Assembly: GCA_026387835.1 (NCBI GenBank) | Contig: JAPLKZ010000004.1 | Coordinates: forward strand, 41,928 to 73,927 | Length of the DNA stretch: 32,000 bases | From: Candidatus Saganbacteria bacterium | GTDB taxonomy: Bacteria; Margulisbacteria; WOR-1; JAKLHX01 | Reading direction: 5' to 3' | In this document: positions 1-6,713 of the stretch, piece after piece | Layout of the letters: each line of letters opens with the position of its first letter | Numbering within the stretch: the first letter of the stretch is position 1 | Translations under genes and position numbers: made by a program | The notes under the pieces: model-generated | The model's database searches: none | The model's input: only the letters and a program-made list of their open reading frames with translations | What the model was told of the DNA's origin: nothing

Positions 1-171
1 GCGCAGGCCATCTTGTATCATGACGGGCAATTCATTGAAGCAAATCACGAAGTCGCACACAAAGAAGAGCCATTGACCCTTCTTTTGCAATTTGCTGATA
101 GTTGGACTGCGCATATTTACGAGGATGGTCGGATGATATCAGAAGATAAGAACTACTATAAAAGAAAATAA
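1..171 (+). CDS. 3' end of an unidentified ORF entering from the left window edge (56 codons, ends ...EDKNYYKRK*)
   Basis: Frame 1 is open from nt 1 to TAA at 169-171. It is absent from the supplied track because it has no in-window start. No family recognised. Confidence 0.3.
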   Translation, partial: AQAILYHDGQFIEANHEVAHKEEPLTLLLQFADSWTAHIYEDGRMISEDKNYYKRK

Positions 172-212
172 TCAGGTTTCCCGCCAAGACTAACTATTAA
201 ATCGGTGAGCAA

Positions 213-326
213 ATGTCTACATCTGAGCTCATCTTTGGTTGGGTAATCGTGATAATAGGTTATGTGGTCACTCCCCTGTTGGTCGCAGTTGTAGTGTTTT
301 GGCTTTCGTTGAAGTCTGGAAAATAA
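213..326 (+). CDS. possible 37-aa single-pass hydrophobic peptide (MSTSELIFGWVIVIIGYVVTPLLVAVVVFWLSLKSGK)
   Basis: ATG at 213 is preceded by GGTGA 5 nt upstream. One uninterrupted hydrophobic stretch is followed by a basic tail. It is too short for the ORF track. Its 3' end runs into the leuA-like fragment. A competing antisense ORF (156-416) also exists. Confidence 0.25.
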   Translation: MSTSELIFGWVIVIIGYVVTPLLVAVVVFWLSLKSGK

Positions 327-410
327 CATTTCCACACCACTCTCCGCGATGGCGAGCAGGCGCCGGGTTTCAGCCTTAACACCGAGGAAAAGCTGGAGAT
401 AGCAAAACAG
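319..410 (+). pseudogene. orphan fragment of a 2-isopropylmalate synthase (leuA) 5' end
   Basis: nt 336-410 align without gaps to leuA nt 1070-1144 (75 nt, 7 mismatches by hand alignment). The fragment encodes [25 protein letters not shown] versus [25 protein letters not shown]. Weaker similarity extends back to about 319. There is no ATG or SD, and the frame stops at TAG two codons after nt 410. Confidence 0.8.
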
Positions 411-429
411 ATCCATTAGTTTTGGCTTA

Positions 430-438
430 TGATATAAT
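430..438 (+). promoter_or_regulatory. extended -10 promoter element (TGaTATAAT) upstream of the antitoxin gene
   Basis: TGATATAAT at 430-438, 48 nt upstream of the antitoxin ATG. No good -35 was seen. The same TGnTATAAT architecture recurs upstream of several other genes in this window. Confidence 0.4.
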
Positions 439-485
439 AAACTTCAATAGATCCCCAATTCTAAGTATTAAAATAAGGAGACGTT

Positions 486-722
486 ATGAATCCAAAAACA
501 ATGATAAAAGAGATCATAAACGGAGTAAAAACGCTTCCCGAAAGGCAGATGAGATCGGTGGTTGATTTCATTACATATATACGTGAAAAGGAAACAGAAG
601 AAAACATTTTGAACTCAAAGACTATAATCAATGCTGTAAAAAGATCAAAAAAAGCCTGGGATAATGGGAAAACCGCTGATTTTACTTCTTGGGAACAAAT
701 AAAGAAAAAGAACAATATCTGA
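486..722 (+). CDS. type II antitoxin (DUF2281-like N-terminus), partner of the downstream RelE/ParE toxin
   Basis: 78-aa ORF with AAGGAG SD 5 nt upstream. The small, charged protein ends in TGA overlapping the toxin ATG (cTGATG). The N-terminal ...LPERQMRSVVDFITYIREKE resembles DUF2281-type antitoxins. Family assignment is tentative. Confidence 0.65.
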   Translation: MNPKTMIKEIINGVKTLPERQMRSVVDFITYIREKETEENILNSKTIINAVKRSKKAWDNGKTADFTSWEQIKKKNNI

Positions 723-973
723 TGTTCAGGATCTTATTCCATAAGACCGCGGAAAAGAAATTCTCTAGACTGGATAAGCCGACGCAGAACCGCATTGCAA
801 AAGCGATAGATGCGATCTCGATAAATCCTAAACTCGGTACTGCCTTGCACGGCGCTCTTAAGGGAAGTTATCGTATCAGAATAGGCGATTTCCGGGTGAT
901 CTACGAAATAATCGAGAAGGAACAGATTGTTCTTGTCCATGCCATCGGCAGCCGCGGCGACATCTATAAATAG
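722..973 (+). CDS. RelE/ParE-family type II toxin (mRNA interferase RelE/StbE-like)
   Basis: The sequence MFRILFHKTAEKKFSRLDKPTQNRIAKAIDAISINPKLG...GSYRIRIGDFRVIYEIIEKEQIVLVHAIGSRGDIYK matches the RelE/StbE consensus (RIGDYRVIY, ..IG.R..iY). I prefer the ATG at 722 over the track start at 689, because it gives the family-typical N-terminus and a 1-nt stop/start overlap. Confidence 0.85.
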   Translation: MFRILFHKTAEKKFSRLDKPTQNRIAKAIDAISINPKLGTALHGALKGSYRIRIGDFRVIYEIIEKEQIVLVHAIGSRGDIYK

Positions 974-1009
974 TTATATTCCTCTGCCGCAATACTCGCG
1001 TTTTAGCTA

Positions 1010-1018
1010 TGTTATAAT
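1010..1018 (+). promoter_or_regulatory. extended -10 promoter element (TGtTATAAT) upstream of leuA
   Basis: TGTTATAAT at 1010-1018, 25 nt upstream of the leuA ATG. The surrounding sequence gttttagctatgttataata resembles gttttggcttatgatataata at 420-440. Confidence 0.4.
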
Positions 1019-1042
1019 ATTTTTCATAAAGAGGTAGCAATA

Positions 1043-2551
1043 ATGACCAAGAAAATATTAATATTCGATACCACCCTCCGCGATGGCGAACAGGCGCCGG
1101 GGTGCAGCCTGAACACCGAGGAAAAACTTGAGATAGCAAAACAGCTTGCGAAGCTGAACGTGGATGCGATAGAAGCCGGCTTTGCGATATCATCCCCCGG
1201 CGATTTTGAGGCCGTGGCGGCAATTGCAAAGAACATCAAGGGACCGGTTATCGCTTCCCTTGCGCGCGCGAAGAAAGAAGACATAAAAGCGGCGTATGAC
1301 GCTATAAAAGCGGCAAAAAGACACCGCATACATATATTTTTGGCGACATCGCCGATCCACATGGAGAAAAAGCTGCGCATGAGCCCCGAAGAAGTGCTTG
1401 CCACAAGCGCGTCCATGGTGAAGTACGCAAGGACGCTTTGCGATGACGTGGAGTTCTCCTGCGAGGACGCAGGAAGATCAGAGCCCGCTTTTCTTTATAA
1501 GGTGATAGAAGCTGTGATCGACGCGGGCGCTTCGACGATAAACCTGCCCGATACCGTCGGCTATAAGATCCCGGCCGAATTCGGGAAGATGTTCGCTGAG
1601 GTGAGAAAGAACGTGCCAAACATAGATAAGATCATCCTGAGTACGCACTGCCATAACGACCTCGGACTTGCTGTCGCCAATTCAATAGCAGCAATCGAGA
1701 ATGGCGTCACTCAGATAGAATGCACGATCAACGGCCTGGGAGAGCGCGCTGGTAATGCCTCTCTTGAAGAAGTAGTGATGGCTATCAAGACGAGGAAAGA
1801 CTTTCTTGATGCCGAAACTTCTATAAACACAAAGGAAATATACAGGACAAGCCGCCTTGTGAGCAACCTGACGGGCATGATAGTCCAGGCCAACAAAGCC
1901 GTTGTCGGAGCGAACGCTTTCGCGCACGAAGCGGGCATCCACCAGGCAGGCGTCATGCGCGCGAGGGAGACATACGAGATAATGGATCCCGCTGAGCTCG
2001 GTATCGGCGAAAGCAAGCTGGTGCTCGGCAAGCATTCAGGCAGGAACGCTTTCATAAAAAAACTGAAGGAGCTGGGCTTTGACCTGAAGGATGAAGAAAC
2101 AGAAAAAGCTTTTAATGCGTTCAAGGTCCTATCTGACAAGAAAAAAGAGATATCCGACAAGGACATAGAATCTCTCATAAGCGACGAGATCTATGTGACG
2201 CCGGAAACATACAAGCTTGAGTTCCTGAAGGTATCTTCGGGGACAAAGCTGAAGCCTACTGCAGAGGTCTCTCTAATGTATAAGGGAAAAGCCTGCAAGG
2301 TCAAAGGTTTCGGCGACGGACCTGTGGATGCCGTATATAAGGTAATAGATAAAATAGTAAAAAGGCCCGTCAAGCTGGTGGATTATATAATCCAGGCTAT
2401 CACCGGAGGCACTGACGCCATGGGCGAGGTCATGGTGAGGATAAAAGAGAAAGAGCAGATATTTTCAGGCCACGGCTCCGATACTGACATCATAATCGCA
2501 AGCGCGAAAGCCTATATTAACGCTATCAACAAGATGGTGAACGAAAAATAA
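1043..2551 (+). CDS. leuA: 2-isopropylmalate synthase
   Basis: 502 aa. The N-terminal [13 protein letters not shown], the [13 protein letters not shown] metal-site region and a C-terminal LeuA regulatory/dimerisation-type region are all present. AGAGG SD upstream. Confidence 0.95.
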   Translation: MTKKILIFDTTLRDGEQAPGCSLNTEEKLEIAKQLAKLNVDAIEAGFAISSPGDFEAVAAIAKNIKGPVIASLARAKKEDIKAAYDAIKAAKRHRIHIFLATSPIHMEKKLRMSPEEVLATSASMVKYARTLCDDVEFSCEDAGRSEPAFLYKVIEAVIDAGASTINLPDTVGYKIPAEFGKMFAEVRKNVPNIDKIILSTHCHNDLGLAVANSIAAIENGVTQIECTINGLGERAGNASLEEVVMAIKTRKDFLDAETSINTKEIYRTSRLVSNLTGMIVQANKAVVGANAFAHEAGIHQAGVMRARETYEIMDPAELGIGESKLVLGKHSGRNAFIKKLKELGFDLKDEETEKAFNAFKVLSDKKKEISDKDIESLISDEIYVTPETYKLEFLKVSSGTKLKPTAEVSLMYKGKACKVKGFGDGPVDAVYKVIDKIVKRPVKLVDYIIQAITGGTDAMGEVMVRIKEKEQIFSGHGSDTDIIIASAKAYINAINKMVNEK

Positions 2552-2785
2552 TTATTGATCCACTGTGATGCAGGTCAGCGTCCTTGATACATACCCCGTT
2601 GACTGGATGTTCTTAATAAGTACGTCACCAAGCTGCTTCAGGTCAGGCACTTCGACAAAAGCTATCACGTCATAAGGCCCTGTTACAAAATGCACCTGTT
2701 TTATGACGGGAAGGTGCGCTATCGCCTTTGAAAGCTCCTGTCCTTTTCCCGGATGGCATTCGATCAATATATAGGCTTGTGTCAT
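2552..2785 (-). CDS. stand-alone Lrp/AsnC ligand-binding (RAM) domain protein, no HTH
   Basis: 77 aa. The whole length (AYILIECHPGK...VHFVTGPYDVIAFVEVPDLKQLGDVL...I..TLTCI) resembles the AsnC_trans_reg/RAM domain. AAGGAG SD upstream. Its last base abuts the leuA stop codon. Confidence 0.8.
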   Translation of the reverse strand: MTQAYILIECHPGKGQELSKAIAHLPVIKQVHFVTGPYDVIAFVEVPDLKQLGDVLIKNIQSTGYVSRTLTCITVDQ

Positions 2786-2809
2786 GTTTGTTATACTCCT
2801 TTTCGAAAT

Positions 2810-2863
2810 ATTATAACATACAGCCGTAAATTGTTTGCAAACACCGCTCTTTGATGTTATTAT
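2810..2863. promoter_or_regulatory. divergent promoter region sharing a palindromic TTGCAA -35-like hexamer
   Basis: Minus strand: TGtTATAAT (complement of 2810-2818) for the RAM-domain gene. Plus strand: TTGCAA (2835-2840), 17 nt, then TGtTATTAT (2855-2863) for the DUF502 operon. TTGCAA is its own reverse complement. Confidence 0.4.
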
Positions 2864-2881
2864 TTCTCTTGAGAAAATATC

Positions 2882-3481
2882 ATGTGGGCAAAACTAAGCA
2901 GCTTGTTCTTCAGAGGGGTAATAATATTACTCCCGTTATTCATCACGATATGGCTTTTGTGGTTCATGTTCTCGTTCATGGACGGCATCCTGGGTGGCAT
3001 TCTTTCCTTGATATTCGGACATCCGATGCCGGGACTCGGTTTTATTATAACGATCTCCCTGATACTGTTCACCGGGTATCTTGCAAATTACCTTATCGGC
3101 GAAAGATTCTTTCACTTTATCGATAATCTGCTCATAAAAGTGCCGATAGTAAAGACGATCTACTCTTCTGCCAAGCAGGTCAATGACGCGCTTTTCCAGA
3201 CAGGGGCTTCAAAGGGATTTACAAAAGCATGCCTCATTGAATATCCGAGGACCGGCGTCTATTCAATAGGTTTTCTGACAAGCAGGACATCAAAGGAAAT
3301 ATCCAAAAAGACAGGCCACGATGACCTTGTCAACGTTTTTATCCCGAACACCCCTACCCCTGCAACGGGATTCCTGGTCCTTGTACCGCAGAAGGACGTC
3401 ATCATGCTTGATATCAAGACCGAGGATGCGGTAAAGATGATCGTATCCGCGGGCGTGCTCCAGCCAAAAGAAAGAAAATAA
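2882..3481 (+). CDS. DUF502 (COG2928) family membrane protein
   Basis: 199 aa with two N-terminal hydrophobic helices, then a conserved soluble part with ...PNTPTPATGFLVLVP..., typical of DUF502. I prefer this frame over the overlapping 2851-3126 ORF. Confidence 0.8.
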   Translation: MWAKLSSLFFRGVIILLPLFITIWLLWFMFSFMDGILGGILSLIFGHPMPGLGFIITISLILFTGYLANYLIGERFFHFIDNLLIKVPIVKTIYSSAKQVNDALFQTGASKGFTKACLIEYPRTGVYSIGFLTSRTSKEISKKTGHDDLVNVFIPNTPTPATGFLVLVPQKDVIMLDIKTEDAVKMIVSAGVLQPKERK

Positions 3482-3482
3482 A

Positions 3483-4673
3483 ATGGAATTTTCTCATCTT
3501 CTTCTGACACTGATCGTCATCCTTATCACAGCAAAGCTTTTCGGCGAGCTCGCACAGAGGCTGGGACAAAGCCCTGTGATCGGCGAGCTTATCGGCGGCG
3601 TGATAATAGGCGGAAGCGTGCTGGGGCTTGTGCATGATTCTCAGATGATCCAGGTCTTTGCAGAGATCGGCGCGATACTGCTCTTGTTCGAGATCGGCAT
3701 CCAGACTAACCTTTATGACTTTTTAAAGGTAGGCGGCTGGGCTTTTGTCGTTGCCTGCGTGGGTGTCTTTTTTCCCTTTCTCTTCGGTTATTATATAAGT
3801 ACGTTCTTCGGCCTTGACATGGTCCATTCGATATTCATTGGAGCCATCCTCACAGCTACATCAGTAGGTATTACAGCCAGGGTCTTTTCAGACCTCCATG
3901 CGCTTGCGTCCAAAGAAGCAAGGATCGTCCTCGGCGCCGCTGTGATCGACGATGTTATCGGCCTTGCGATACTCGCTGTCGTCACGAGACTGGTCCTGAA
4001 CGGGAATGTTTCTTTTTCGTCGGTAGCAAATATTACTATGATCGCGGTGGTATTCCTCTCTGTCTCGCTCATAGCCGGCGTCCTGATCATGCCGTTACTT
4101 TTCGGACTTTTAAGAAAGATGCGTGTAAGGGGAATATTATTTGTTAGCGCGTTCTGTTTCTGCCTTTTGCTTGCGTATGTCGCCTCCGCCGACATGCACC
4201 TTCCTTATATAGGCTATTTCAAGGTCGGGCTGGCGCCTATTGTCGGCGCTTTCATCGCGGGCCTGATACTTTCGATCACAAGAGAAAGGGTCTTCATCGA
4301 GGAACAGATAAAACCTCTTGCGGATATTTTCGTGCCGGTGTTTTTCGTCCTTATGGGAGCTCTTGTTGATATAAAAGTCTTCAATCCGTATGTCCCCTCC
4401 AATGCGATGATACTCCAGATAGCCCTGTGGCTGTTCATTGCCGCTGTGATCGGAAAGGTGATTGCAGGATTTTCCGTGCTTGACCGTACATCCAACAAGC
4501 TTCTCATCGGGGTCGGGATGATCCCGAGAGGCGAAGTCGGCCTTATCTTTGCGAGCATGGGGCTTACAAAGCATATAATCACCCAGCCCATCTATTCCGC
4601 CGCGGTCGTAGTGATAATGGCGACGACCTTCGTGACGCCGTTCCTTTTAAAGCTGCTGTTAAAAAAGAAATGA
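3483..4673 (+). CDS. cation:proton antiporter (Na+/H+ exchanger family, CPA2/Kef-like membrane domain, no RCK domain)
   Basis: 396 aa and polytopic. The N-terminus ...ITAKLFGELAQRLGQSPVIGELIGGVIIG... and ...MIPRGEVGLIFA... are typical of the family. It starts 1 nt after the DUF502 stop. Confidence 0.85.
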   Translation: MEFSHLLLTLIVILITAKLFGELAQRLGQSPVIGELIGGVIIGGSVLGLVHDSQMIQVFAEIGAILLLFEIGIQTNLYDFLKVGGWAFVVACVGVFFPFLFGYYISTFFGLDMVHSIFIGAILTATSVGITARVFSDLHALASKEARIVLGAAVIDDVIGLAILAVVTRLVLNGNVSFSSVANITMIAVVFLSVSLIAGVLIMPLLFGLLRKMRVRGILFVSAFCFCLLLAYVASADMHLPYIGYFKVGLAPIVGAFIAGLILSITRERVFIEEQIKPLADIFVPVFFVLMGALVDIKVFNPYVPSNAMILQIALWLFIAAVIGKVIAGFSVLDRTSNKLLIGVGMIPRGEVGLIFASMGLTKHIITQPIYSAAVVVIMATTFVTPFLLKLLLKKK

Positions 4674-4903
4674 AACCGAATATCCTGATCAGGACATTGC
4701 TTGTCAACGCGGCTTTCAATCTCATCCTTATGATCGCCGGGATCGGACTTGTCTATTACGGCGCTAAAGCAAAAGCAAACAATCTGATGATAGCGGGCTT
4801 CATCCTGGTCGCATTCTCTTATTTAAGGAACAGGGTACTGAGCAGGACTTACAGCCTGCCGAACCTGAAGCGGATACAAAAAGAGAGACAAAAAGGTCTT
4901 TAG
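4670..4903 (+). CDS. small two-helix membrane protein, unknown function
   Basis: 77 aa. ATGA start/stop overlap with the antiporter gene. Two hydrophobic segments and a basic C-terminus. No family recognised. Confidence 0.5.
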   Translation: MKPNILIRTLLVNAAFNLILMIAGIGLVYYGAKAKANNLMIAGFILVAFSYLRNRVLSRTYSLPNLKRIQKERQKGL

Positions 4904-5970
4904 AATTTAGAGCCTTTGCTCCACTTAATGTTTATGGCATTTCCGCAATTAAGGCATTTATTTTCTGCATCTATCTCGTATGAGACGATATTGTAGCCTT
5001 CCCTCTCTATTACCACGGAATGGCACTTTGGACAGTAAGTGTTATCGTATTCATGGTTCGACACGTTCCCGAGATATACATACTGAAGGCCTTCCTTGAG
5101 CCCTATCGAGCGCGCTTTTTCAAGCGTCTCTATGGGTGTCGGCATGACAGAGCTGAACTCCAGGTACGGGAAGAACCTTGTCACGTGCCACGGGGTATCC
5201 GGCCCGAGCTCTTTGCTTATCCACGAAGCGATCCCGTTGAGCTGGGCATCGTCATCGTTCATGCCCGGTATGATATTCGTCACTATCTCCACATGCATCT
5301 TGTGCTTGTTCTTTGCAAGCGAGGCTGACGTGAGTATGGGTTTCATGTCTGGGACCTTTGCCACATCCCGGTAAAAATCATTATTGAACGCTTTTACATC
5401 CACCCTGAACGCATCGAGGTACGGCGCTATCATCTCGAGCGGTTCCGGATTTATATACCCGTTCGTCACGTATACTGTGTAAAGCCCTTTCTGTTTTGCG
5501 AGCTTCGCGCTATCAAGAGTGTATTCGAACCAGACGGTCGGTTCATTGTATGTCCAGGCTATCCCGTCGCAGTCGTTCTTGAGCGCGAGTTCAACGGACT
5601 GCTCGGGCGTTATTATCTCTGTGGAGCGTTCTTTTGCGACCTCGTATATCTTGCTGCCGTCAAAGCTTTCCGCGAGTATCACGTGCGATATCTCCCAGTT
5701 CTGGCAGTGGCTGCAGTGCATGTTACAGCCCAGTGTCCCCATGGAGAACACCAGGGTTGAAGGGTTGAAATTATAAAGCGGCTTTTTTTCTATAGGATCG
5801 ACGGCTTTTGAAGAGACCTTGTTGTATACCATCGACTCGAGTACGGCGTTCCTGTTCACCCTGACCCCGCAGAACCCGGCTTTGCCGTCGGGGATGACGC
5901 AAAAATGGGGGCACAGGTCGCACCTGATATAGCCGTCCTTTAATTTTTTGTAGAAAAGCGCTTCTTTCAT
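4900..5970 (-). CDS. AmmeMemoRadiSam-system-type radical SAM enzyme (AmrS-like, PFL-activase related)
   Basis: 356 aa. It has the N-terminal Cys cluster CDLCPHFCVIPDGKAGFCGVR, the DPIEKKPLYNF motif, the radical SAM motif CNMHCSHCQNW, and a C-terminal zinc-ribbon-like CPKC...CLNC. Confidence 0.85.
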   Translation of the reverse strand: MKEALFYKKLKDGYIRCDLCPHFCVIPDGKAGFCGVRVNRNAVLESMVYNKVSSKAVDPIEKKPLYNFNPSTLVFSMGTLGCNMHCSHCQNWEISHVILAESFDGSKIYEVAKERSTEIITPEQSVELALKNDCDGIAWTYNEPTVWFEYTLDSAKLAKQKGLYTVYVTNGYINPEPLEMIAPYLDAFRVDVKAFNNDFYRDVAKVPDMKPILTSASLAKNKHKMHVEIVTNIIPGMNDDDAQLNGIASWISKELGPDTPWHVTRFFPYLEFSSVMPTPIETLEKARSIGLKEGLQYVYLGNVSNHEYDNTYCPKCHSVVIEREGYNIVSYEIDAENKCLNCGNAINIKWSKGSKF

Positions 5971-5987
5971 TAAGAAGATTTTAGCAT

Positions 5988-6713
5988 TTATTTCACTGTT
6001 TTTACAAAAAATGCGCCGGACAGCACATCTGCCAGATGACGGAAAGCGAGGTCTTTTACTGCCAGAGAAGCAAGATCTGTCGAAGAAGCCCTGTATCCTT
6101 CTATACTGAACTTTTTCTTTAACAGATCAGCCGTATTGTCCGGAATGCCGTTTACCGCGACAGTCCCCTGCTGAATGAGCCTGTCCCTGCCCCTTTTCTG
6201 CGCGCTGCCTACCAGCTTGCGTCCGCCTACCGTGATCTCGTACTCAAGAGGGTCCAGAAAGCAGATGTTTGAACCCTTTTGTCTGTTCTTTAAAGAGGTT
6301 TTCTTTATCTCCGCTTTTATCCCCAGCGTAAAAAGGGCTTTAGCTATTATATTTGATATATACATATATGATGCCATGAGCCCCTTCGGAAGAGCTTCTA
6401 AAGGAGCGACAACGGTATATGAGATGTCATCCTTGGAATGGAAAGCTATTCCTCCGCCTGTCGGCCTTTTTGCAATATCGACCCCTTTTTCTTTTGCTTT
6501 ATCAGTATCTATCTCTTTGTCAATATCCAGGAAATAGCCGACGGTTATCGACGGGCTTTTCCAGCCAAATATACGGAGTGTCGGGGAAATGCTGTTCTTA
6601 TACAGATCTGCATCGATATCCATATTCTCCTGTGCAGTACGCTTTTCATCAATAATGACGTTCCATTGGGGATCATATTTTGTAATGTCTTCAGATAAAG
6701 ATTGTCTGTCCAT
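5988..6713 (-). CDS. lipoate-protein ligase / octanoyltransferase family protein (BPL_LplA_LipB domain only)
   Basis: 241 aa. RPTGGGIAFH and GRKLVGSAQKRGRDRLIQQGTV resemble the lipoyl-AMP binding motifs and the catalytic-Lys region. It lies directly downstream of gcvPB with a 1-nt overlap. Confidence 0.75.
   Translation of the reverse strand: MDRQSLSEDITKYDPQWNVIIDEKRTAQENMDIDADLYKNSISPTLRIFGWKSPSITVGYFLDIDKEIDTDKAKEKGVDIAKRPTGGGIAFHSKDDISYTVVAPLEALPKGLMASYMYISNIIAKALFTLGIKAEIKKTSLKNRQKGSNICFLDPLEYEITVGGRKLVGSAQKRGRDRLIQQGTVAVNGIPDNTADLLKKKFSIEGYRASSTDLASLAVKDLAFRHLADVLSGAFFVKTVK

Noticed and set aside
156-416. 86-aa minus-strand ORF spanning the leuA-like fragment.
   Set aside because: Its N-terminal third is simply the antisense of the leuA 5' fragment. 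No SD and no family resemblance were found. The region is better explained by the pseudogene fragment plus a possible plus-strand small ORF.
689-721. Upstream start (689) for the RelE toxin ORF, overlapping the antitoxin by 34 nt.
   Set aside because: The ATG at 722 gives the family-typical N-terminus (MFRILF...) and a canonical stop/start overlap. The extra 11 residues (MGTNKEKEQYL) come from reading the antitoxin's 3' end in another frame.
974-1042. Possible leucine attenuator or T-box leader upstream of leuA.
   Set aside because: Only 69 nt lie between the toxin stop and the leuA ATG. This region is occupied by the extended -10 promoter and the SD. There is no leader peptide with Leu codons and no terminator/antiterminator stems.
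2851-3126. 91-aa ORF in another plus-strand frame overlapping the start of the DUF502 gene.
   Set aside because: The DUF502 frame (2882) continues for 199 aa with family motifs and TM helices. The 2851 frame has no supporting features.
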